Part shown: in pieces, positions 25,101 to 35,320 of the stretch | Layout of the letters: each line of letters starts with the position of its first letter | Numbering within the stretch: position 1 is the stretch's first letter | From: Convolutriloba macropyga | Lineage: Eukaryota | NCBI RefSeq assembly: GCF_964194025.1 | Contig: NC_134472.1 | Span: forward strand, 62,434,001-62,498,000 | Direction: 5' to 3' | Length of the DNA: 64,000 nucleotides | Translations under genes and position numbers: made by a program | Notes under the pieces: model-generated | What the model was told of the DNA's origin: nothing | Database searches by the model: none | The model's input: the letters and a program-made list of their open reading frames with translations, nothing else

Positions 25101-26040
25101 AATTAGTCCTTCTACCCTTTTGAGCTCTATTGTTATTATCTATCTTTTGTGCGCCCTGAAAAGCGATGCTTGTAAAAGTCCGCTGTGATTGTTGTATTAG
25201 TGGTTCTTGTTGTTTCGACTCAAATCCAGGAGCAGTTTTTGTTGATAACGAGCGCAAACCGACCTCTTTTTGTTTTTCAGGAATTTCAGCAATTTGCACA
25301 ATATTACAGTCCGGATAATAAGTATGAATATTATAACTAGTGCTACCAGTTTTGCTCAGGTTATGATAGCCACTATCGCAGCTTTTATTGCTATGTGTAT
25401 TGATTTTGCGTTCCTGTAATATGCCAGCAAAAGAGGTCTCCTTTTCTGTGGGGTCCCCGGTCGTGTTTTTATTGTCCGCAACTTTTAATATTTGAGACTC
25501 AGCCTCGGATGACTTTTTCTCAAACGTGTGTTCTTTAAGCACGCTAATATTGGATTGTTTATGAGTGTGCCAATAGTAATTAGCAGGACGCACATAAGGT
25601 TTATTTGTAATATTTTTATTGTAGCTATAATTAGTTGAGCTTTTGCAATTAGTTTTGGCTTTACTAAAATCTGACTGGCTTAAGTTAAATGAGCTCTTTA
25701 CACTATTGGTTGAAACACTAACACTACCGCTCGCTAATTGGCTCGTCCCACCAATCACTACATTAGTACCAGAGCCACAATTGTTATCTGTACTAATTCC
25801 ATAGCCAGATCTGACGCTATATTTGGTACCAAGGCGATCCGAATCTTGAAATGAATCGGCGTTCCCAGTTGATAAGGAATCCACAACGCTTTCGGCATTT
25901 GACGAAAACTTGGCTGTATTTGAGTTTGAAACTACAAAATTCGGTTTTCTCTGTTTTGTTGACTTGTTACAGCTTCTGCTTCGACTCTGCTGCGTTTTAT
26001 TAGACGTCGAGTGTCTATAAGTGGAATTTCGTTTCGGCAT
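22147..26040 (-). CDS. CCNE: G1/S-specific cyclin E with a very long low-complexity N-terminal extension
   Basis: Uninterrupted 1297-aa ORF; PIPELTWGDSRACWEEM (cf. cyclin E PLPVLSWANREEVW), cyclin box HRAVVLEWLSEV...TFYLAVNFFDRFL...LQLLGTTALFTASKIEEIYPP...VTDGAC, and the cyclin-E-diagnostic C-terminal LLTPPQ. Confidence 0.93.
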   Translation of the reverse strand: MPKRNSTYRHSTSNKTQQSRSRSCNKSTKQRKPNFVVSNSNTAKFSSNAESVVDSLSTGNADSFQDSDRLGTKYSVRSGYGISTDNNCGSGTNVVIGGTSQLASGSVSVSTNSVKSSFNLSQSDFSKAKTNCKSSTNYSYNKNITNKPYVRPANYYWHTHKQSNISVLKEHTFEKKSSEAESQILKVADNKNTTGDPTEKETSFAGILQERKINTHSNKSCDSGYHNLSKTGSTSYNIHTYYPDCNIVQIAEIPEKQKEVGLRSLSTKTAPGFESKQQEPLIQQSQRTFTSIAFQGAQKIDNNNRAQKGRRTNCKRRRGRKAKEFDSGNLLVQQAAELSIVNKSCDSDSATTKEEQRKQIQHQQEISELGASISSFTKGRDSFITGNSVEQFQSYQRNLDHKSANSSSCFSSNYPRDNYTNNNSKKSLESNNTDKMQLHQIGVPNSTFNASGQNSMPGLISGSGPAFPFNTSELTNHLYVAHLLAGMSTGQLGVKNFAQSHNNNQTALMHHDYGLGTGATANNSSAFSNSTSNSTVFQHQSLLSNNIALFNPIHFSGITATTSQAHVESGGTNLNSNFIQYIPVNAEAVNNANRICSQQQPTKHVNSLNSQQLLNNTRFTSEIDSEALYCTNSQSGSSDSGGTSSDKENNLIQVVKMDSSYFSLSADDYSNGSNSSGSCVAIGGATMKTSHTVREGLDSHFEEDLPGNDQDEDCEPGCDCDKDSLLACNEAYSDSTGVNNSYYDVSDDAISTHSSDNYSTEIDQENEEPQRMHFGNEDNIGSNPRVVPMFSIPALVAAAELVQEQSETLSGSYMDVSELNDARIVETSSALVDVTEMYLPLDKTESKSVQSSGSAAVANYMLNEDKHAGVTKSAREAHQLEESSNAREISGINDVMTPNTFAATRQVIADTPITPTETPKLNQLNVNCIEALRCPIPELTWGDSRACWEEMLTNDDIQHRTNRTALTNHPKITAQHRAVVLEWLSEVTQSYSMRKDTFYLAVNFFDRFLSLTKGIAADKLQLLGTTALFTASKIEEIYPPPSKEFANVTDGACEVMEIIETEICLVQHLKWKLTPMTALQWLLLFLQIKVYNNNPSSTLKLIRSLSAGEKIPSNNLLVNHNFDPSLFQKAAVLLDLCTVSYQSLEFSPRVLAATVLLAVDTSFKSQFTCLDQEQLKQCFNWMRPFVLVARETYLEENNPEVLSERSVIKSIMLHQHSATMSALKEAEALAMTISQQKANAKLFHAENKKPLTEKSMKTPTEKEPEGKTEDDDDDDLFSFNPIDQINMVLLTPPQDEE

Positions 26041-26197
26041 GCCACCAAATCAGAACAATTGCCTGACACCTGGTTGATAAAAGCAACTAATTGTCAGCTA
26101 CAATTTCAGTCTCTCAAATATTGGTTGCGTAATTCTGAGCTAATTTAGACAATTTCTTAATTAGTTAAGTGACACCTAATAATTCTGCAAGATAAAC

Positions 26198-27027
26198 CTG
26201 AAAGACAAGATAAATCTCAAAATACGAACAGTGTTCAAACTTGTTCACAAAATTCAAACTGCCCCAAATGAAACGTTTAATTTGCTTAAATTAGTTAAAT
26301 AAGCAACAAATAAAACTTCGCTAAAGTCAAAATAATAGGTTACAGAAACAAAACCGACCACAACTAGGAAGCTGCAAAACGAAAATGAGATGGTATCTTG
26401 TAGAATAAGCAAGCTAAGTAGGGACAGTTTATGATTAATAACAATTACTAATATTGTTGGATAAATGTTTATCAATTGATTAGGCATTACAATAAACTCT
26501 TGCTCCTTTCAACTAGTTTGGGATAAAAGGGAGGCGGTGGGAACTGGCCCGCGGCCTCTCAGTAGTGTTGACAGGCAGTGCTAGGATTAAACTTCAGAGG
26601 AAGAGGGAGGGTGGCAGAGTGGTTTGAGAGCTGCACACTGACTTTGCAGCACAGGGGACTTGGGAAAACGCTCACTTATCTTTGCCTCACTCGTGAGAGA
26701 AGTTTAGCTCTTGCAAGTTATCAATAAACCATTGCATAGCTAGGGGTAGTATTGCGCAACTTCAAAGAAAACCATTGCCTGCAGATTTTATATGTAAATT
26801 AATTTGACTGCCGTCGAACCTGCAAATTAAACAAAAGTTATAAACCAGTAATTAGCGTGCAATAACTCATTAAACGTGAAATGACATTTACCAAATGTGA
26901 AAACACACCCAATGTGACAAAAAAACCAATGAATTACCCAATAAAAATAAAATGTTGCTTTTGATCTTTGTTTAATAGCCTGCTTACAAAAGCAATTGGT
27001 TGTCATTATCATTTTGATCATACTCAC
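26198..27027 (-). other. Putative 5'UTR intron of cyclin E containing a GC-richer block (26520-26700)
   Basis: Minus-strand donor CTG|GTGAGT at 27027 and acceptor CTTGTCTTTCAG| at 26198; no transcript evidence. Confidence 0.35.
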
Positions 27028-27649
27028 CAGGTAAATTTGACCTAATTATAAAAACTATAAAAACATCTCGCCCAGATATAGTTCGGCTAGATATAGTTCT
27101 TCTGATAACTTAATCTGAAATTAATCTAAAATAATTCGGTATAATTTGAAATTTGACGCACTTGGTATTTCGTCCTGACACCTCAGTTGAAAATAAGTGC
27201 TCAATAATTATTAGAATTGAAATTAGTTTCATTCAAGCTACTGATTAAAAAACACGATGAAGAACGGTAAGATAAATCTTAAGACAACGTCTTGTCAAAG
27301 CACCAAAACAACCACCTTACAGCCAAAATATATCCATCAAACAGACCTGTTGAAATAAAGAATAGAAAAATTAGCATGCCAAATAAAACTTTAAATTCAG
27401 ATAAATTTTAGACAACGCAACCCCTCAGATGATAAAGCACATAAATTCTTGCTTGGGATCACTTTATCATTTTGAATTAGTCCATGTTTTCAATCTGATG
27501 CAAAAAAAATTACGTCACGCACAATCAGGTGGTAAGAAAAAAACAAGATGCCTCGTGTGAGTCTGTGCGTTGCACAGTATGTGTCAACATAACTCTGAAA
27601 GCTGCAAACACAACCTTTAAATTTTGTCAGTGAAACCGTTGGGCGTATC

Positions 27650-29030
27650 CGAAAGCAACTTATTTGCATTGGCACATTCTAGAAAGTGTAGTACAATTTG
27701 AAAGACAAACAAAGGATACAAAAATACACACAACACACGTTACACACAAAGAAAAAACACAAATACAAATAGCAACACAAACATTTTAAAAATTTTTCTT
27801 TTTGGAAACTAATCTTAACTCAAGGTTCATCACAATCAATTAGGTCTTTTTTGTTTGTTCTAAGTAACTAGGTGTGAACTGGTTGAGGAATTGTATCGGT
27901 AATTATAACTATGGCATAAGTTTTTGAAATGATATTTTTGAAGTTTTTCGACAAATTTCGTCATTTTTGATGTCCTATGAACATAATGAAGCAATAATTT
28001 TTTTAAAAAAAATCTCGCATATGCGTTAACGGCGAGATTTAAAAAACTGAGTTTTGGTTTAGAACAAAAATTAAAGCCAAAATTTCTAAGAAAAAGTATT
28101 TCTGACAACTTTTGCACTCTGCCTCTATTTGTGTCTTACATTTAAAGGCACTAACTCTCCCTCTCACACACACACGCAAATAACAGACACATCAGACACG
28201 CACTCAAGTAGATTAACCCACACAAGCACACACAATTAAAAGCGGGACAAATCATTTTCTAAATTTTCCGTTTGGCAACGGACCTTTATTGTGGGTTCGC
28301 TTAGCTCATTTGGGTGTTGTTTGTGTGATTTGGAAAACTAGGTGTGGACTTCTTAAGGAAATTTTACCGGTATTTGTAAAATGGACAAAATTTGAATTGA
28401 ATTTCTTTCAATCATAATTGATGCTTCATGAGCATAATTGGTTAATTCGGTTTTTTGATTTTCAGCAAATACTAGGTAGTACTCTGACTCTACTTGTGCC
28501 CAACATTAAGATCAATTAACTATCTCAGGCCAATTTTCTTTTTTCCTTTCTTTTGCACAGATACCACACACATTACACACTTGCGCACTCACAAAAACCC
28601 CCACGAGCTCACACAGCACACAAAGAAAAACCCCGACACAAAAAAATTAATTTTTTAATTACACTTTTCGGCAACTGATCTTTACTCATAGTTTGCATCG
28701 TTCAATTATCTCTTGTTTCATTTTGGAAAACTAGGTGTAGAAATCTTTGACGTAATTCTATCCTTAATTGTAAAACTGACATTAAAACTTTTTTCGAACT
28801 TTTTTGAACATTGCTTCAAAAGTTCATTTCACTTTTTTTATGTTTCATGATCTCAATGGGCATGTTCTTTTTTTCAACATATTGCAGACCTGTTGCCATG
28901 CAGGTTTAAACAAACAATTTAGCTCAAAACATTTAATACCACTTTCATTAGCAACTATAAGTAATTCTTCTAATTTTTAAGCTTTCTGACAGATTTTGCA
29001 CCCCTCATCTACTTGCGTCTTTCTCGTTAG
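27650..29030. repeat. Three degenerate ~430-470 bp tandem units upstream of cyclin E
   Basis: Each unit has a CA-rich tract, a TTTGG.AAC-like motif and AACTAGGTGT (27866, 28336, 28729). Confidence 0.65.
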
Positions 29031-30512
29031 GGAACCATAAAGGCTGTCTTTAAAAGCTCTTTATTTAGCAGTATTAAAAAATTCGTTATTGGTAAACTTT
29101 AGGTTTCGGCCTTGTCACAAATAGAAATTTTTTGTTAACTGAAGAAAAGAAATCTTTAAAAAACACTTTTCGTTTTTTATATAAGGATTTACACAATCAA
29201 TAAACTATTAAGGTTCTTGATTTACAGAGATGTCCACATTCTGCAGAAGGTCAATTCGACAAGCAATTTCAAAATACAGAAACGAAAAAAAACTTTTAAG
29301 ACGAAAATGATGATCATTTCCAACCTGGCAAACCATAAAAAATACAAATAAAAAGATCAGAAAAGAAACCAATCTTCACCTTTCAATAATGAATTTGGTT
29401 ACCTTGATGTTCATTCCATGATATCGTTTTTTAACGTCTCTCCAGTTTTGAAAATACGGAAATGGTCAGCTCCGATGAAATTAGAAGAATTGTTTGTAGA
29501 AACACCTCTAGAATTTAAAGAATACAATTTTCGGCTTTCATTTTTACATTTTCGAAGTTGGTTTTTGGCTATTGTCAACCCATCCCCATCCCCGAGCGAT
29601 GTTTTTTCCTTCGAAATTTTGAAGTGTTCCCTCTTTTTGAGATTTCTATAATTTTTTATAGAAATTAAAACTAGATCCCGAGGGCTACAAAATGGGGCTA
29701 CGATGCGTAAACAAAATGTAAAAAATTGACTGAAAAGCCAGCCTCGCATATATAGTCCCCCATTTTTGAATAAAATTTAGAACAATAAATAAATTGGTGT
29801 TATGGACTTTGGTCAAATGGTCGCAAGAATCACCAATGGAGGAAGCAAAGTTCAAATGCACAGGGCGCGAGTTGAATAAGAATTAAAAGAATTTTTACGA
29901 GAACTAAAGCAAGACCTTGAAATGCTTATGAATGGACAGTGAAAAGGTTCCGCAAAACCCTGTATTAGAAACAGAAAAACTGTCCATTCACCGTTTTCTC
30001 ACTTGAACAAAAGTCCCCAAGAAAACCCCTACATTTGGCATCACTTCCGATTTTCAGGTGATCAATATTACTGCACGAATTCGACTTAAAGATCACCTAA
30101 ATATGTGAACAGATCGTAAAAAAACATAGCCTCAAGACTCCAGAATCAACTGGCAGTAAAAATGAAAATCAACCACAGTCAACTGGTCACCGAAACAAAA
30201 AATCTTTTTAACCTCCTTTAAGTACTTTTCAGAAGAAAAACGAAAAAAAGAAATAAGTACAAAAAGTAGATATCGGATAATGTTTTCTGTTTTCATGAAA
30301 CCTCCGAACGAGTATCAATGCGACTTCTTTGGTGTTCAACTAATGGTTCCAAGATAATAGACAAACCGCAACAAAATCAATATAATGAGAGCAAAAAAAA
30401 AACAAGAATGCGACGCAGAAAAAGGAAACGAGCAAAATTAAAATCCGATACCTTCTCCGAAAGATGTCAACACTTAGCGACTCCCCCAAAGTTAACATCA
30501 AAGAAATTTACG

Positions 30513-30560
30513 ACATAACCGACTAATGTAGGGCGAATTGCCCTCAAAGGACCAGCTACC
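30513..30560 (+). repeat. Dispersed motif ACATAACCGACTAAnGTCGG (also ~31118 and ~56732)
   Basis: Three similar copies; two form a CCGAC/GTCGG stem; probably the terminus of a small repeat family. Confidence 0.6.
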
Positions 30561-32189
30561 TTTAGTAGCAGCCAGCTTTGACTTAGGGAGACTAGAATTT
30601 GGGTGCACTAGGGTGGGGGAAGCGCAGTGGAGAGGGGCAGGCTGAGTGTGATTTTGAGTCCTCTTGGCAGCTTTTATGATTTTGAGTCCTCTTGGCAGCT
30701 TTTATGATGATTTGTTCACTAAGAGAGAAACAGAGCTCAAAAAGTGATGAGAGCTATATGCCCCCGGGCTTTACTTGGTTATACGGTTTTCGGGAACAAA
30801 AAGTTTAAAGCAACAAAAAAACAAGCAAGCGAAAAAGACGGTTTGCGAATAATTAATAATGTCTTTAATCAATCGATGACTTCCAATACAAAGACAAAAC
30901 AAAAAACAAAGCAATGAAGAACAAAAAATGCAATTATACTGATTAAAATCTCACCAAAAGAGCTCAAGTAATTCCTCGAAGCAAAAAGCCCATAGAAAAA
31001 TTGAGATAAATAATTGTATAAACAAAACTGTTTTAAAAGGCACAAATACTCAAAAATTATCGAGAAAACTTTAAAGCAGATAAAAACCATCTAAGTTGAC
31101 TTAATCGATTTTCAACAAACATAACCGACTAACGTCGGAAGAACCAGCTTCGGCGAATTTATTTTTTGACTTTTAGCATTAAATTTTTACTAATTAAGTT
31201 CAGCTGCTTGAAATAGTGAATGAGAGAACTTTAGATCACGCAAAACCAAAAAGCCAAAAAAACGGTCAAGCAAAAATTTTGCATAAAAGACGCACACCTT
31301 TACAATAACTGCTTCTCCTCGAGAAAAAATCTACATCGATAACCGTCAAACATAGCTGGCAGATTGACAGAAAATAGCCGCAATAGCTTCGTAGATCTGC
31401 AGTCTCAAAAAACAATAAAGACAGACCAAAAAATTCGTCTTTTCATTGAAGGCTGATATGTTAAATTTTGATCAAAAATCTGTATAAGATTTGATGCCTC
31501 TATTAGCTGCTCTCTAATTACCTTTATTTAAAGGGATACACACCCATTTGACCTTATCTCTTTGAATTAAAGTAACTAAAAGTCAATTTCAAAGTTAGGA
31601 AGTCAATTTTGAGAGTGAGGTAAGTCAAGTGCGACCAAAAATTTAATCACGCGAATGAACAAAAAAACTTGCTCTTCTACGAGCGAAAAATGACGTCATG
31701 CATGCAATTCAGTTGAAATTGCATGAACGAATGAACAAAAAGCAGATCTGAAGTGGTTGCGTAGACGAAATAAAAAAAAACAAGAGAAGGCCAATAATAG
31801 CCCGTTATTGCTGTGCGGCTATTAAAAACAACATAGCTCGTCAAACCCTGACCAAAGACAGTTTCAATTCAAAAACACCCGTACCTGACAAAAGTTAGAA
31901 GAACAAAACCCACTGAAAACCGTTTCAAGCGACAAAATACGAAAATAGCCGTAGTCCAGTAATATTTAAACAAGATGAAAAAACCTATATCTGGTTCAAC
32001 ATGTGAGAAAAACCACTGCGGCCTAAAAATAAAGCGTTTAAACTAATCAAACTGATTTGAAAAGCCGCAAAGCACCAAAAAGTTTTGTTTAAGTAAGAAA
32101 TGAACTGAGAGAAACTGAAAGTTTAGTTAAATCTTTCTCAAATTATTGCACCAAAAAACATCTCGATACAAACAAAACTGCAATTGGTT

Positions 32190-33915
32190 ACTAAATTCTG
32201 AAAACAAGGACTTGAAAATCGAAAATACTCGTAAACCACAATAGAAAACTTCGAATTAGCAAAGAAGTAATTGTCAATTAAAATCTGAAAACAAGGACTC
32301 AAAAATCGGAAATATTTGTAAACCACAATGGAAAACTTCGAATTATTAGAGAAGATGTAATTGTCAATTAAAACTTAAATTAATTAAAAACAAAGGTTTT
32401 CAAAATTTGCGTTCATCGACAGGTTTAAAATTAATTGAAATCATTTACAGAGTAAATAAACATGTCTTTGACTCTAATTCTAAAAAATAGTTAAAATAAC
32501 ATCGAATTTTTGAAACTATTTACAGTTAAAATAATCAAATTTACGACATTTAATTACACTTATAACACTAAAATCAATTGAATTTTCATTCCGGAGCTTT
32601 TGAAAATCCCGGGTATATTGCTTTCTATTCTTGAAAAAGGATTTTTACTAACAATCCTATCTATCTGTTTTTGTTTTTACTTGTTGAGCTGACAAATTTT
32701 TGAATTAACCTGTAACAGAATAATTTTTGCATTTCAAAAGTAAATTTTTTGCTTTTGAAGTAATACTTCAATGTCAATTTCCGCCCCCGGTACTCATCGC
32801 GCGTATTTAATTTCAGTTTCAGCTTTTTGATGTAGATGGCTTCTATTGTCACTAGTTTTCAACGCCGCGACAAGTATTAAGAATCTCCCATTCAATATTA
32901 TGCGCTGTACCACAACACTCAACGAGGTGTTGTCCCACTGGGGAATCCTTCTTTTGCTGCTCCGAAATTCTAGTTGTAACAAGTGGGCTGGTTTGGCCAA
33001 CATAGATGGAACTGCATCCACTACATGTAATTTTATATACCACATGGGCTTCCAGATTCTCATCAAAAGATGATTTCAGGGTGGGCAAGCAAGTTCTTAG
33101 GTTTCTTGTGGTGAAAATGATTTAAATATCACACATTTTTTTGGTCTATTTGCAAAATTTTTAGTAATATTTCCTCTGTATTGTACAAAAAACCTCGGTT
33201 TAAGCTCCTATTGTTAAGGCTTTTAATTTTTTGAGATGTTTTCTGTTTTGGGGGTTTTGCTGTGACCTTTTCCCTCGTGACCAATTCATCCAAAGTCTCG
33301 TTAACATTACTGGAGAACCCCTCAGTTGGATATTGATTTTCAGTCCAGATCTCTTGATTTTTCTTGAGAGCTACATCAGAGGATTGCCAATCACTGGTCG
33401 CATTAGGAATCCTTTGCACAGTCCCTTGAATCACATTTTGCTTATGTTAAAACGGTGCACAGCTACGGAAATTTAGGATTATGCCGGTGTCGGTGGATTT
33501 TTGAAACCAATGAGGGCTAATTTTCCTATCTTCGTATACGTTTATGTTCAGAACTAGAAATGCCAGGTCTCCACTACCGTTTGGTGTCTCAAGAGTGAAA
33601 TGTAAGTTCTTGTGAAGATAATTTGCATACTCAGGGTAATCTAGAGGGTTCCCCTTGACGGTGCACACTATGTCATCTACATACCTTTTGAATAATTTCA
33701 ATTCCTACTTGTTCTCGTTTGTACCTTTTTCCGCACAATAGAAATAATTGCAAACAATGTCCTGCATGGTCTTATACTCTATATCAGTGATATCTTGGCG
33801 TTTTGCATCAAACCAGTTTTTGCATGATCCGCACTCGACCCCTTTCCCTCGGAAAGTAACGCGTCGGTTACAGTCAATGTATTTCACCTTTGTGTCAGGA
33901 GTTTTTTTCTCCCTT
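32190..33915 (-). mobile_element. Penelope-like element, 5'-truncated and decayed (PHD, RT C-terminal half, GIY-YIG)
   Basis: FKRYVDDI, LHKNLHFTLE, LAFL, WFQKSTDTG RT motifs; VVYKITCSGCSSIYVGQT GIY-YIG; IEAIYIKKLK..LNTRDEY C-terminus; ~87-bp tandem repeat at the 3' end. Confidence 0.88.
32383..32430 (-). ncRNA. Degenerate minimal hammerhead ribozyme in the PLE 3' region
   Basis: Minus strand CCTGTCGA-T-GAAC-GCAAA-TTTT-GAAAAC; homologous to the better-preserved copy at 48137-48185. Confidence 0.45.
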
Positions 33916-35116
33916 CTATCACTCTTATATTCGAATTAGTGTTAAGCTCAGTGAAAAAGCAAAAAACTCTTAACGCAACCAAAACAACCTTGATATTAAT
34001 TTAGAGCGACAAATGCTGAAAACTACCTGAAAAGCTGCTTGACTTCCGGTGGCGAAAACAATTTACTCAATTCAAAAAATACCTCCCCAAAACTAACGCT
34101 CACTCGAGAACAGATATATGAACAAATATACCCCTCCAAGCTCGCAATATTCAAGAAGGCAGCTAACTCTACTCTTCTGCGTTTACCTGCTTTCTATATT
34201 CAGAATTAGCTCCTCCTCCAGCCTAAAAGATGCAAGTCTATCGCACCAGCAGCCGCAAATTCTAAACAACCTTACATTGATTTTCCAAAGAACGGCATCC
34301 CAGAGTGTTTCATAATTTAATAAGTTGGTTATAATCACTGAAATTTATATCGATATAGTTTAAAAAATCCAGTGCAAAGATAACATAATTTTAGTGCAGA
34401 CTTTGAATAGACCTATTTTTTTTCTTTATTTTTTACCTAAACGGCAAAACTCCGACAGTGCAGAGCTAAGTTGCATTTCAATTGACGATGCAAAAAAAAT
34501 TACAAACCTACCAATTTTTTATTTGTTATGTTAGTGATCTATTAATTTAGTATTCCACTTCTGTAGAAAAGTAAATTAAGAGCCAAGGATTTGTTGGCGG
34601 TACCGTTTGACAAATGCTGCGGTTTCTATGATGAGGATGTCAACGTACCAGTTGGAGCCTAAACAACTGGGAACCGAATTACAAGAAGAGGCTTGGAAAA
34701 CTCAATTTACTTCATCTCTCCATATTTATATATAGATCTACACGAGCTACTTTTCTTAATCGCTATTCTCTCAGAAAAATACAATGCCAATATTCCGATC
34801 ACTAGAAACCAAAACTGTGATGATCAACCAAATACCAGAGAGTTTGAGCTAATAAACATAAATCAAACAAGAACGAAAAAAGACGATGCAAATTTCTGGA
34901 GGCGTTTTAGTCAACATTTAAACGTTATCTGTAAAATCACAAATTTAGCTAATGAAAGCTTAAACGATTAACCGAAATATACTAGAATTATTTCTCTAGA
35001 CATTACTCTGCAGCCAATTCTTGTACGTGGACCTTTTTGTGCAACTGCAACAACCGCAATCCAGTACAGAACGCCAAATTAGCCAACCAATAAAAGGATG
35101 TCAACCTTAGTGCCAC

Positions 35117-35320
35117 NNNNNNNNNNNNNNNNNNNNNNNNNNNNNNNNNNNNNNNNNNNNNNNNNNNNNNNNNNNNNNNNNNNNNNNNNNNNNNNNNNNN
35201 NNNNNNNNNNNNNNNNNNNNNNNNNNNNNNNNNNNNNNNNNNNNNNNNNNNNNNNNNNNNNNNNNNNNNNNNNNNNNNNNNNNNNNNNNNNNNNNNNNNN
35301 NNNNNNNNNNNNNNNNNNNN
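35117..35320. other. N-run of 204 nt at the RTE 3' end
   Basis: Counted directly. Confidence 0.95.

Noticed and set aside
26520-26760. E2F or CSL sites upstream of cyclin E
   Set aside because: Only partial matches (GTGGGAA, GGCCCGCG); no canonical TTTSSCGC seen, so not called as sites.
35100-35116. GTCAACCTTAGTGCCAC as a TSD partner of GTCACTTAGAGCCAC (43781)
   Set aside because: Needs indels and a mismatch; the right-hand sequence is better explained as part of a 44-bp RTE endonuclease fragment.
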